Shown here: positions 10,768-19,645 of the stretch, in pieces
Layout: each line of letters begins with the position of its first letter
How positions within the stretch are numbered: position 1 is the first letter of the stretch
Source: an uncultured bacterium
Lineage (GTDB): Bacteria; Electryoneota; RPQS01
Assembly (NCBI GenBank): GCA_963735175.1
Contig: CAVTJX010000017.1
Coordinates: 1,793-65,792 of the forward strand
Reading direction: 5' to 3'
DNA length: 64,000 nucleotides
Notes under the pieces: generated by a model
Seen by the model: only the letters and a program-made list of their open reading frames with translations
What the model was told of the DNA's origin: nothing
Database searches by the model: none
Made by a program: the position numbers and the translations under genes

Positions 10768-10775
10768 GCTTCCCA

Positions 10776-12086
10776 TCAGTGATCGAGCTCGCCGCCGATC
10801 ATGTTGACGGAACCGAATGTGGGGACGATGTCGGCGACCATGTAGCCATTGATCTGTTCGGGGAGTGCCGCCACGAAATTGTAACACGGCGGACGCACGC
10901 GGCAGCGCCACGGGCGGTCGTTGGCGCCGTCGGTGGAATCGGCGTTCGGGTAGCTGACGACATAGAAACCGAGCTTCGCCGTTGCCGCCTTCGACGGCGA
11001 CATAGACCTCGCCCTCGGGGACGCGGATGCCGTGGCCGCTCATGATCGAGCTTGAAGTGATTCATCAAGCCCTCGATGTTGCCGTAGGTGTCCTTCTTGG
11101 CGGGCAACACGACGCGCTTGTCGCTGGAGGAGACGGGGCCGCCGGGAATGCGGGCCACGCACTGCTCGAAGAATGCGGCAGGACTGCTCCATCTCTTCCA
11201 GGCGAACAAGGTAGCGGTCCATCACGTCGCCGTTATGGCCGACGGGGACGCTCCAGTCGAGCTGGTCGTAAACAAGATAGGGGAAATCCTTGCGCACGTC
11301 GTAGGCGACGCCGGTGGAGCGCAGCAGCGGGCCGGTCCAGCCCCAGGCGATGGCGCGGTCGGCACTCATCTTGCCAATGCCTTGCGTGCGTTCGACGAAG
11401 ATGCGGTTGTTGGTGAGCAGGATGTCGCATTCGGCGAGGATTTCGCGGGTCTCCTTCACCGTCCACAGCACCTTGTCGAGCCAGCCTTCGCGCAGATCGA
11501 AGGGCATGCCGCCGACGCGGGTGGCGTTGGTCGTGACGCGCGCGCCGCAGTAATCTTCGAGCAGTTCGTAATAGTATTCGCGGGCCTTGATCAGATAGAG
11601 GAAGACCGTGAACGCGCCGAGTTCCATGGCCTGCGCGCCAACGCAAGTGAGGTGGTCGGCGATGCGCGAGACCTCGCAGAGCATAGTGCGGATGTACTGG
11701 CCGCGGGGCGGAATGGTGACGCCCAGCAGTTTTTCCACGGCCATGCAGTAGCCGACGTTGTTGATGACGGGTGAGACGTAATTCAAGCGGTCGGTATAGA
11801 TGATCGCCTGGTTCCACGTGCAGTCTTCGCTGTGTTTTTCGAAGGCGCGGTGCAGGTAGCCGATTTCGACTTCGGAATCCACGACGAGTTCACCCTGCAG
11901 CCGCGTGACGATACGGATAATGCCGTGCATCGCCGGATGCGAGGGGCCGATATTCAGCAGCATGTCCTGCGTCTGGAACTCGGGCTCTTCGGAGGGAATC
12001 GCCGTGCCGGTGTCGTAGGGCGCGATGACGGGCGGCGGTGAATCGGTGGTGCGAGTGGTATCGTTCATGGATGCCGGTTTCGTCAC
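10776..12086 (-). CDS. nuoD: NADH-quinone oxidoreductase subunit D, three +1 breaks (~11168, ~11047, ~10985)
   Basis: LLNIGPSHPAMHGIIRIV...LEEMEQSCRIL|EQCVARIPGGPV...NIEGLMNHFKL|IMSGHGIRVPEGEVYVAVEGGNGE|LGFYVVS...PTFGSVNMIGGELDH*. The GTG start overlaps the nuoC stop. Confidence 0.9.
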
Positions 12087-12567
12087 TGGTCCTTGGGGCC
12101 GATCAGGGGCTGGCGGCGCGTTCGCGGGTAGTCCTTGCGCAGCGGGTGGCCCTGGAATTCTTCGTAGAGCAGAATGCGCGGAGATCGGGGTGGCCGGTGA
12201 AGCGGATGCCCATCATGTCCCACGCTTCGCGCTCGAGCCAGTTGGCGATGGGCCAGAGCGGCGTGAGGCTGGGGACTTCAGGATGCAGCTCGTCGAAGGG
12301 CACCTTCACCCGCAACCGCGTGTGAGTCGTCAGGTTCATGAACTGGTAGACGATTTCGAAGCGGGGCTTGCGCGGCTGGTAATCGACCGCGCTCAAATCC
12401 ACAAGGAAGTTGTAGCCGAGGTCGTCCCGCAGCAGCTGGGCGATGTCGAAAATGCGCGCGCCGTCAACGATCAGGGTTTTGTCGCCGTGCTGGGCGTGCC
12501 AGTCGAACACCGCGCCGGGAAAGCGCTTGTCGATGGCGACGTGTTCGGGGAAGCGCTCGTCGCTCAC
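12083..12567 (-). CDS. nuoC: NADH-quinone oxidoreductase subunit C, -1 break near 12180
   Basis: VSDERFPEHVAIDKRFPGAVFDW...LTPLWPIANWLEREAWDMMGIRFTGHPDLR then RILLYEEFQGHPLRKDYP...*. GTGA overlaps at both ends. Confidence 0.85.
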
Positions 12568-13031
12568 TGCGTCACCTGCTTGGAATTCTGGATCAGATCC
12601 TGCAGCTTGAGCAGGCCGTCGAGGACGGCTTCGGGGCGTGGCGGGCAGCCGGCGATATAGATGTCGACGGGGATAATCAGGTCGATGCCCTGCACCGTGG
12701 AATAGTCGTCGTAGGGTCCACCACAACTTGCGCAGCCGCCGAAGGCGATCACCCATTTCGGATCGGCCATCTGTTCGTAGACGGTCTTCATCACCGGCGC
12801 GAGTTTCTGGCTGACGGTGCCCACCACCCAGAGCACGTCAGACTGACGCGGGCTGAAGCGGGGAAAAGCGGCGCCAAAGCGGTCGATATCGTAATGGCTG
12901 CAGGCGGTGGACATGAATTCCATGCCGCAGCAGGCCGTCACAAACGGATACTGGAAGAGCGAATATTTGCGTGCCCAGCCGAGAATCTTGTCGAACCGCG
13001 TGGTCATGGCGGTTCCCTGGAGGGCGGCCAT
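12564..13031 (-). CDS. nuoB: NADH-quinone oxidoreductase subunit B
   Basis: MAALQGTAMTTRFDKILGWARKYSLFQYPFVTACCGMEFM...GGCASCGGPY...AGCPPRPE. Internal ATG of ORF 12564..13172. Confidence 0.9.
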   Translation of the reverse strand: MAALQGTAMTTRFDKILGWARKYSLFQYPFVTACCGMEFMSTACSHYDIDRFGAAFPRFSPRQSDVLWVVGTVSQKLAPVMKTVYEQMADPKWVIAFGGCASCGGPYDDYSTVQGIDLIIPVDIYIAGCPPRPEAVLDGLLKLQDLIQNSKQVTQ

Positions 13032-13096
13032 GGGGTCCGTCAAGCGGCTATCGGTGATTGCTTTTGCCAAATCGAATACCTCGGAACAGAAAACCC

Positions 13097-13162
13097 GAAA
13101 TCCAAAATCCGAGTCAGAACAGAAATCCCACCCCCCCTTGCCCCCCCGCCAGCGGGGGGGAA
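13097..13162. repeat. Intergenic repeat, copy 1 (nuoA-nuoB spacer)
   Basis: GAAATCCAAAATCCGAGTCAGAACAGAA ... C7-TTG-C7-gccagc-G7-AA. It shares a 28-nt core (26/28) plus the C-run/G-run hairpin module with copy 2. Confidence 0.8.
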
Positions 13163-13168
13163 TGAGGA

Positions 13169-13540
13169 TCACTTCCAGTCGAGGACGCGCTTTTTAACGG
13201 CGTAGTAAAGGCCGACCATCAACACGGCGAGGAAGATCATCATGGAGACGAAGCCCACCATGCCAATGTCGGCGAAACCCACCGCCCACGGATAGAGAAA
13301 CGCCACTTCGATATCGAAGACGATGAAGAGGATGGCGACGAGATAGTACTTGATGGGAAACGGCTTGTTGGCATCCGCTTCCACTAAAATGCCTGTTTCA
13401 AACGGGCGGCCCTTGACCTCGCTGGGACGGCGCGGGCCGAACCAGATGGAGAGCGCCACAAACAAACCCGTCAGCGCGGCTGCCGCGGCGAAGAGCACGA
13501 GGAACTGAACCAGTGGAGAGTCGAAGGGCGACGGAGTCAT
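13169..13540 (-). CDS. nuoA: NADH-quinone oxidoreductase subunit A
   Basis: MTPSPFDSPLVQFLVLFAAAAA...KPFPIKYYLVAILFIVFDIEVAFLYPWAV. Internal ATG of ORF 13169..13618. Confidence 0.9.
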   Translation of the reverse strand: MTPSPFDSPLVQFLVLFAAAAALTGLFVALSIWFGPRRPSEVKGRPFETGILVEADANKPFPIKYYLVAILFIVFDIEVAFLYPWAVGFADIGMVGFVSMMIFLAVLMVGLYYAVKKRVLDWK

Positions 13541-13546
13541 AGGATT

Positions 13547-13667
13547 AGAAATCCAAAATTCGAAATCCAAAATTCGAGTCAGAACGGAAGAACCACGCTG
13601 TTGTATCCGCGCAGGCAAGAAACCAGAACTTCACCCCCCTTGTGTTCCCCCCATAAAATGGGGGGAA
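13547..13667. repeat. Intergenic repeat, copy 2 (upstream of nuoA); the 14-nt head is tandemly duplicated
   Basis: (A)GAAATCCAAAATTC GAAATCCAAAATTCGAGTCAGAACGGAA, 43-nt spacer, C6-TTG-tgtt-C6-ataaaat-G6-AA. Confidence 0.8.
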
Positions 13668-13688
13668 GCAGAAAAGACAGGCGCTGGG

Positions 13689-14375
13689 CTAATTGCGGTG
13701 GGTGATCTGCTCGAGTTTGTAGGCCAGCGGGGGAACGATGATGAGTTGAGCGATGATGCCGGGCAACGCCGGGGCTACGAGAATCATCAAATAATAGTTC
13801 ATGTCTTGAATACCCGCCATGGCCATCGAGACGAGCACATACACAATCCGGCCGAGAATCATCGCCACCAGCATGGCCGTGATCATGGCCGCAATCCGGC
13901 CCAGTCGCTCGGACAGGCCGGGCCAGACGGGCAGAAGCCGCAGCATGACCGAAGCCGTCATCGCATAGACGGCCAGTTCGGGCATGAGACGCATGACCTG
14001 TGCCGTGGTCGGCATCCCGGTAAAGCCGGAGGATAGGGCCGGAGTCAGAATGCCAACCATTCCCGCGTAGAATGGCGGCAGCAACAGACCCGCGAGAAAT
14101 ACGGGAAAGTGCATGGGCAATATCACCCGCGGCGCCAAACCGAAGGGGTGAATGAAGAACGGCAGCACAATCCCGAGGGCAACACAGACCCCTGCCGTGC
14201 CCAGCGCCTCCACTCCGTGAACCGGGGCGTAGAGTTCGCGGGTAGTTGGTGGATCCGTCTTCTGCGAGCGCGAGCGGGATTTGGTGCGATCGGCCGTAAC
14301 GGACTCCTTAACGCAGCAAGAAAATATGTGGAATGAAGTTAGGCCGTGAAAAACGGAGCAAGCCCGAGATGCCAA
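13689..14375 (-). CDS. ECF-transporter S-component-like membrane protein (start uncertain; probably near 14296 after an AAGGAG RBS)
   Basis: HPFGLAPRVILPMHFPVFLAGLLLPPFYAGMVGILTPALSSGFTGMP resembles the ECF S-component signature; about 5-6 TM segments. Confidence 0.55.
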   Translation of the reverse strand: MASRACSVFHGLTSFHIFSCCVKESVTADRTKSRSRSQKTDPPTTRELYAPVHGVEALGTAGVCVALGIVLPFFIHPFGLAPRVILPMHFPVFLAGLLLPPFYAGMVGILTPALSSGFTGMPTTAQVMRLMPELAVYAMTASVMLRLLPVWPGLSERLGRIAAMITAMLVAMILGRIVYVLVSMAMAGIQDMNYYLMILVAPALPGIIAQLIIVPPLAYKLEQITHRN

Positions 14376-14384
14376 CGATCTGCT

Positions 14385-14413
14385 AAACTACGGAAAATTT
14401 TTCACATTGTCAA
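14385..14413 (-). promoter_or_regulatory. Sigma70-like promoter: TTGACA-17-TAGTTT
   Basis: Minus strand reads cccTTGACAatgtgaaaaattttccgTAGTTTagc, upstream of the ECF S-component gene. Confidence 0.45.
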
Positions 14414-14496
14414 GGGATTCCAGACCCGCGAATCCAGCATTTTAAAGAGTAAAATTCAGTGTTTATTAAGTTAACCGACCGCGCCCCCCGATCCCG

Positions 14497-16513
14497 TCAC
14501 CGAGTCGGTCGGTGCCGGCGCCGGACTCCCCCTCGCTCAGGGACCTTTTTGGGTGGGGGCTTCAGGCTGAAAGTCGCCTGCCGTTTCTGCAATTGCCCAG
14601 CACTGCGGAACGCGTCCCGGACGAGCGCATAGTCGGACGCGGGCAGCACATCCTGTTTGATCTCCACGATCTGTTCCCAATTCCAGCTATGGGCGTTCAG
14701 GCGGTTGCTGATTTCAATGTGCACATAGGGATTGTCGATGATGAGCGGCGAAGGCAGAGCAGCCAACGCATACCCCTCGGGCAAGACGACCGTGACCAGG
14801 GTTTCACAGCGGGATCGTGGCGGCATCCGGAGGGGGTACTGAATCGTGGTCCACGTTGTGTCGAAAGCCAGCCGTCCGAAGTTAAAGGGCGTTTCGGGAA
14901 TTCCAACGATCAGCCGGGAGCTGTCGCGGCGGGCATATTCAGGCGCGGCGAAGCGCACCTGCACAGCCACCGGGATGGCGAGATCCGTGAGGTCAGAAAT
15001 CGAATAGGATGCCACCTGCGCCGTGGGCGCAAAGCGGGCCAGCGCGGCATGAATGAACTCGGCGCGGCGGTCGTCGCCAAAGCCGGCGAATGTCGCCCGC
15101 GTTTCCGCGGCCTTGTCGCCTTGCGGTTCACACAGAATGAATCCCGAAAGTTCCCCGTTGGCCGAAAGGGAAACACGGATTTCCGTGCGCGCGCCACGCG
15201 CAGCGGGATTGCCGGGCGAAATCTCCTGCACGAGGGGCGCGCCGCCGACGAGCAGACAGGCTTTGCCATAGGTCATCGCGAAAGGCAGCACCGTCGGCGG
15301 ATAATTCACGGCGGCGGGATCGATCCAGAGCGTATCTTCGCTCGTGGGAACCGCCAGGACAATACGGGAGAATTGTTCGAGCAGCGGCAGTTCAGAAGAA
15401 CGGCAGTAGGCGGCCCGGAACCAGCACCGGGATCGGGCCGAAGCCGTAACCCCGCAGCAGTGCGGTGAGCAACACGGCTTTGTCCTGCGGATCGGCGTAG
15501 CGTTCACGGACAATCCAGTCCGCCGTATGCAAGGCGGCATCGACACGGCCCGCGGTGCGATTCACCGGGCGCACATTCTGCTGCACCCAGCGCGTGGCGT
15601 TCATGAGCGCGGGAATCCCCTGCAGCGTGGGCGGTGTACCGGCCATGAAACTGTCCACGGCCGCTAGACTGGAATCTACTTTATCCCAGAAGAGATTGTT
15701 GAAGGCGGTGCCGAGCGCTTCCCAGTCGGGGCAGGTTGTCCAGACAAGACGGGGGAGAATGAACGCTGCATCGACGACCGGCGGAGACACATCCAAAGCC
15801 GGACAGTTGAGCCGCGTCCAGGTGTAAACGGAATGGTGATTGCTCGCCACAACGAGCGGTTTGAGATCGCTGTTCGTAAGTTCCCAGCGGAGCCGGAACG
15901 GCTCGACGACATCGACCGTGACGGTTTTCTCAAGAATCGGATCCGGACCGCCGAAGAGCGCGATCCCGCCGGGCGGGACTGCGGCGCGACCTCCGGCGAC
16001 GGGAAGCGGTTCCAAGCGATAGGCGAAATAGACAGCGTCTCCGGAATCCACAGCGGTGAAGCTGACCGTGAGTTGCCGGAACTGTGAATAGCCGGCGATC
16101 CATTTCACTTCCGGAGCGGGCGCATCGACGAAAGCGGTTGAGTCGAGCGTAATCCAACGGCCATCCGCTTTCTGAATCCGCGCGGAGTCGATGACCACGG
16201 CGTGAGTATTTTCCTGATAACCGATGACCTGCTCCCGATAGTGTTCCCTACCCTCCGCAGAGAGGATCCGGCAGCGGAATTCGCGGCGGGTGTGCATGCG
16301 TCCGCTGGCGTCGATGGTGAGATGTTCGCGGTCGAATTCGATCACAGCCGAGGGCGACGGCTGGTCAGCTGGCCGCGAGACGGCGCCGTTCAGGCTGTCC
16401 AGAGGTTCCGCAGCCGCTCGCATTGACAGTGTCAACGACCATAACAGAAGCAGTCCGGCCAGGGAGCGGCGGCCATGATGCATGAAACCGTGTTGGAGAA
16501 TCGGGAGCGGCAT
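14497..16513 (-). CDS. DUF3857 / transglutaminase-like / DUF3858-type secreted protein, +1 break near 15393-15400
   Basis: ORF 15392..16513 (signal peptide, then AVIEFDREHLTID...) continues in ORF 14497..15546 (ELPLLEQFSRIVLAVPTSEDTLWIDPAAVNYP...). Architecture recalled from family knowledge, not searched. Confidence 0.5.
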
Positions 16514-16799
16514 GAAAATCGGTCAGTCGTTGAATTTGCGCGACAAAGTTCAGGTCTGAATAGTACACAGTTTTTCTCTCCTTTGCAAGCGAGGTCGATA
16601 AATGTGAAACTCGCGAGCACGCCCTTTAATTGGCGATGACTGTGCGTAGCCGGATGGCGGCCCGCCGACGCGTTCAAAGAACACGCTGGATTGCTTTTTG
16701 TTTTTACGCTAACAATTAATATATATAGACATACGTATATAAGTAGTTCCGAGTTGAGCTTCTTGACGGATTGAGACGCATAAAAAGAAGACTGTGGGC

Positions 16800-16828
16800 T
16801 TGACTTTGAGGGGGAATGCCATTATCTT
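16800..16828 (+). promoter_or_regulatory. Promoter: TTGACT-17-TATCTT (TATCTTTG also fits the Bacteroidetes -7 TAnnTTTG motif)
   Basis: cTTGACTttgagggggaatgccatTATCTTtgg ends 12 nt before tRNA-Ala. Confidence 0.5.
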
Positions 16829-16840
16829 TGGGATTCTTTC

Positions 16841-16913
16841 GGGGCAGTAGCTCAGCTGGGAGAGCACCACGTTCGCAACGTGGGGGTCGGCGGTTCGATC
16901 CCGCTCTGCTCCA
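16841..16913 (+). tRNA. tRNA-Ala (anticodon CGC)
   Basis: Cloverleaf folded by hand: acceptor GGGGCAG/CTGCTCC with G3:U70, anticodon stem CCACG/CGTGG, loop TTCGCAA, T-arm GGTTCGATCC. No encoded CCA. Confidence 0.9.
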
Positions 16914-16926
16914 CACTTCTTGAATA

Positions 16927-17054
<128 letters not shown>

Positions 17055-17164
17055 CTTTTTAGGTTAGTTTTGAACATATGGACAATTCACAACTTAGCCT
17101 ACATGACTCTTGTTATTTAACGGCTTAGTAGCTGTTTTCTGGCGTCGAGTTGTCCACATGTGAG

Positions 17165-17193
17165 TTGACATTCCCACTGAAAAGGGGTATCTT
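17165..17193 (+). promoter_or_regulatory. Promoter: TTGACA-17-TATCTT
   Basis: gagTTGACAttcccactgaaaaggggTATCTTtcc lies 65 nt upstream of the dnaX ATG. Same architecture as the tRNA-Ala promoter. Confidence 0.45.
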
Positions 17194-17257
17194 TCCTTAT
17201 TGTATCCCTTCCTCTTGTCTGAACGATTTTGTCGGAATTTCTGGCGAGACCGCTTTC

Positions 17258-18955
17258 ATGTCCTATCAGGTATTGGCTCGGCGCTGGCGGCCAAAGACGT
17301 TTTCGGACGTAGTCGGCCAAGAGCACGTCACCCGCACGATCAAGAACGCACTGAAACAAGGGCGGCTTGCCCATGCGTTCTTGTTTACGGGTCCGCGCGG
17401 CTGCGGCAAGACATCCACGGCGCGGATTCTCGCCCGCGCGGTCAACTGCCCAAATATCGATTTACAGGGCGATCCTGAGCCGTGCAACGAATGCGAGACT
17501 TGCCGTGCCTTGTTTGAGGACCGCGAACTGGACGTGATCGAGATGGACGCGGCGTCGTATCGCGGCATCGAAGACGTGCGGCGGATCAATGACACGTGCC
17601 GCCTCGCGCCGGTCGCGGGCCGCCGCAAAGTCTACATCATCGACGAAGTCCACATGTTCACGCGGGAAGCTTTCAACGCGTTGTTAAAGACGCTGGAAGA
17701 GCCGCCCGAACATGTGATTTTTATTCTCGCGACGACGGACGTCCACAAAGTTCCGGGCACGATTCTCTCGCGCGTACAGCGGTTTGATTTCCGGCCCGTG
17801 CAGCCCCTTGACGTAGCGCCGCACCTTGCGAAAATCTGTGCCGTTGAAGGCTGGCCCGCGGATCCCGAAGCGTTATGGTTGATTGCCCGGCGCGGTGACG
17901 GCTCGCTGCGCGACGCCGAAGGCCTCCTGGATCAGGTGGTGTCGTTTTCGGGAAGCCGCGTGTCGCTTGAGACCACGCGCGAAGTGCTGGGCCTATTTCC
18001 GAACGAACTACTCGCGCAGGCGACGCAGCTCGTGAACGACCGCAGCCTCGGCGCGGTGCCCGCCTATCTTGAACAACTGGCGCTGCGCGGCACAGACTAC
18101 ACGGAATTTCTGAAGGGCTTACAGGCTTACTGGATGGACCTCGTCTTTCTGAAGGAAGGTCTGCCGCTGCCGAGCCGCTCGGATGATGAGATTGCCCAGA
18201 TGAAAGCCGCGAGCGCAGAATTGGGCGTGGAAGACATGTTCCGCCTGATCCGGCTGGCGGAATCACTGGAAGACGGAATCAAATGGTCTACCGCCCCGCG
18301 CGTACGCTTTGAGATTTCATTCCTGCGCTGGGTGACGATGGACCGGATGGTGGCGATCCGCGACATCCTGAATAAAGTCGCACCTTCGGCCGCGCCGGTG
18401 GCAGCGGCGATTCCGGCGAGTGCAGAACGCGCGCCATCCATTCCCGCAGCCGTTTCCGTACGACCGGCCGCTCCGGCCAATGTGGCGGCGCCGATACCAT
18501 TATCCGCTCCAGCGCCGGTTTCCGCGCCCGCGGCGAATGTTGTAACCGGCGATGTGACGTTCGAGCAGCTTCAGGCGGCGTGGCCCGAGGTGCTGCGGAC
18601 GCTGCGCAAGCGCAACAACCTGGCCGGTGTCATGGCCGAAAAATCCTGGGCACTGGAATCACTCGCGGGCAAAAAGTTGACGGTAAACTGCCTGAGCCCG
18701 GACAAATTCCAGTATGACCAGATGAAGACGAACTTCCCACATCTGGCGGCGGCAATCGCCGACGTTTGCGGAGTAACACTGACTTTGCTGGCCGGTCCAC
18801 TGCGAACGACTCCGGCAGCCGAATCCGCTCCCAGCGCCGCCGCAGCCGATTCTGCCACCTCTCCCCCACCCGCCGGCAACGATTTGTTCACCAGCCTGGT
18901 GAACCGCTTTGGCGGAGTGGAGATCGATCCCGAAAAAACCCGCGAACCGAAATAA
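17258..18955 (+). CDS. dnaX: DNA polymerase III subunit gamma/tau
   Basis: MSYQVLARRWRPKTFSDVVGQEHVTRTIKNALKQGRLAHAFLFTGPRGCGKTSTARILA...CNECETC...IIDEVHM; intact. Confidence 0.95.
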   Translation: MSYQVLARRWRPKTFSDVVGQEHVTRTIKNALKQGRLAHAFLFTGPRGCGKTSTARILARAVNCPNIDLQGDPEPCNECETCRALFEDRELDVIEMDAASYRGIEDVRRINDTCRLAPVAGRRKVYIIDEVHMFTREAFNALLKTLEEPPEHVIFILATTDVHKVPGTILSRVQRFDFRPVQPLDVAPHLAKICAVEGWPADPEALWLIARRGDGSLRDAEGLLDQVVSFSGSRVSLETTREVLGLFPNELLAQATQLVNDRSLGAVPAYLEQLALRGTDYTEFLKGLQAYWMDLVFLKEGLPLPSRSDDEIAQMKAASAELGVEDMFRLIRLAESLEDGIKWSTAPRVRFEISFLRWVTMDRMVAIRDILNKVAPSAAPVAAAIPASAERAPSIPAAVSVRPAAPANVAAPIPLSAPAPVSAPAANVVTGDVTFEQLQAAWPEVLRTLRKRNNLAGVMAEKSWALESLAGKKLTVNCLSPDKFQYDQMKTNFPHLAAAIADVCGVTLTLLAGPLRTTPAAESAPSAAAADSATSPPPAGNDLFTSLVNRFGGVEIDPEKTREPK

Positions 18956-18961
18956 CGATTC

Positions 18962-19570
18962 ATGGACGTCTCCCGTTATTCTCCCTCCCTCGAACGACTG
19001 GTAGAGCGAATTTCGAAGCTGCCCGGCCTGGGCCGCAAGTCGGCGGCACGGCTGGCGCTGCACATTCTGCGGCAGCCCGACGAAGACGCACGCGCTCTGG
19101 CGCAGGCGATTGTCGATGTAAAAGAGCGCATTCACCTCTGCCGGGTGTGCGCGAACTTCACGGAAGAAGAACTCTGTCCGATGTGCGCCGACCCACGCCG
19201 CGACGCCGGATTGATCTGCGTGGTGGAGACCCCCGGCGACGTGCTGCGCATCGAGCGCACGGGCGCATTTCGCGGCCTGTACCACGTGCTGGGCGGCACG
19301 CTCTCGCCGCTGGACGGCATCGGGCCGGACGAACTGCGCATCGTGGAATTATTCGAACGGCTGACGGACGGCGCGGTGCGCGAGGTCATTCTCGCGACGA
19401 ATCCGACCACGGACGGCGACGCCACGGCGCTCTATTTAGTGCGCACGCTGAAAGAGCGCAATATCGCGGCTTCGCGCCTGGCGCGCGGCGTGCCGGTGGG
19501 CTCCGAACTCGAGCAGATCGACGAAGTCACATTGGCCAGCGCACTCGAATCGCGCACCCGCATCTCCTGA
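18962..19570 (+). CDS. recR: Recombination protein RecR
   Basis: LERLVERISKLPGLGRKSAARLALHIL...CRVCANFTEEELCPMC...Toprim GLYHVLGG; intact. Confidence 0.95.
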   Translation: MDVSRYSPSLERLVERISKLPGLGRKSAARLALHILRQPDEDARALAQAIVDVKERIHLCRVCANFTEEELCPMCADPRRDAGLICVVETPGDVLRIERTGAFRGLYHVLGGTLSPLDGIGPDELRIVELFERLTDGAVREVILATNPTTDGDATALYLVRTLKERNIAASRLARGVPVGSELEQIDEVTLASALESRTRIS

Positions 19571-19645
19571 TTACCGCTGCATGTCCGGCTCGGACAGCGG
19601 CAGGATCAGGCCTCCCAAAATCACCTTATCCCACGGGGAGATGAA

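Noticed and set aside
13130-13165. C7/G7 hairpins after nuoA and upstream of nuoA as ordinary rho-independent terminators
   Set aside because: They are not followed by a T-tract on the transcribed strand. They also lie inside an operon whose downstream genes (nuoB onward) must be co-transcribed. They are reported as part of a repeat element instead.
12564-13172. Extended N-termini of the track ORFs for nuoB (start 13172), nuoA (13618), dnaX (17150), recA (23200), gmhA (28115), prs (52448), spoVG (53117), lolA-like (58115), ftsK (60420) and the PstS-like gene (63701)
   Set aside because: The extensions cover intergenic repeats or upstream genes and have no family similarity. Internal ATG/GTG starts coincide with the conserved N-termini and with RBS-like sequences or stop/start overlaps.
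17258-18955. Programmed -1 frameshift (tau/gamma) site in dnaX
   Set aside because: No A-AAA-AAG-type slippery heptamer with a downstream hairpin was seen in the middle of the gene. The only A6 run (~18930) is about 25 nt before the stop.
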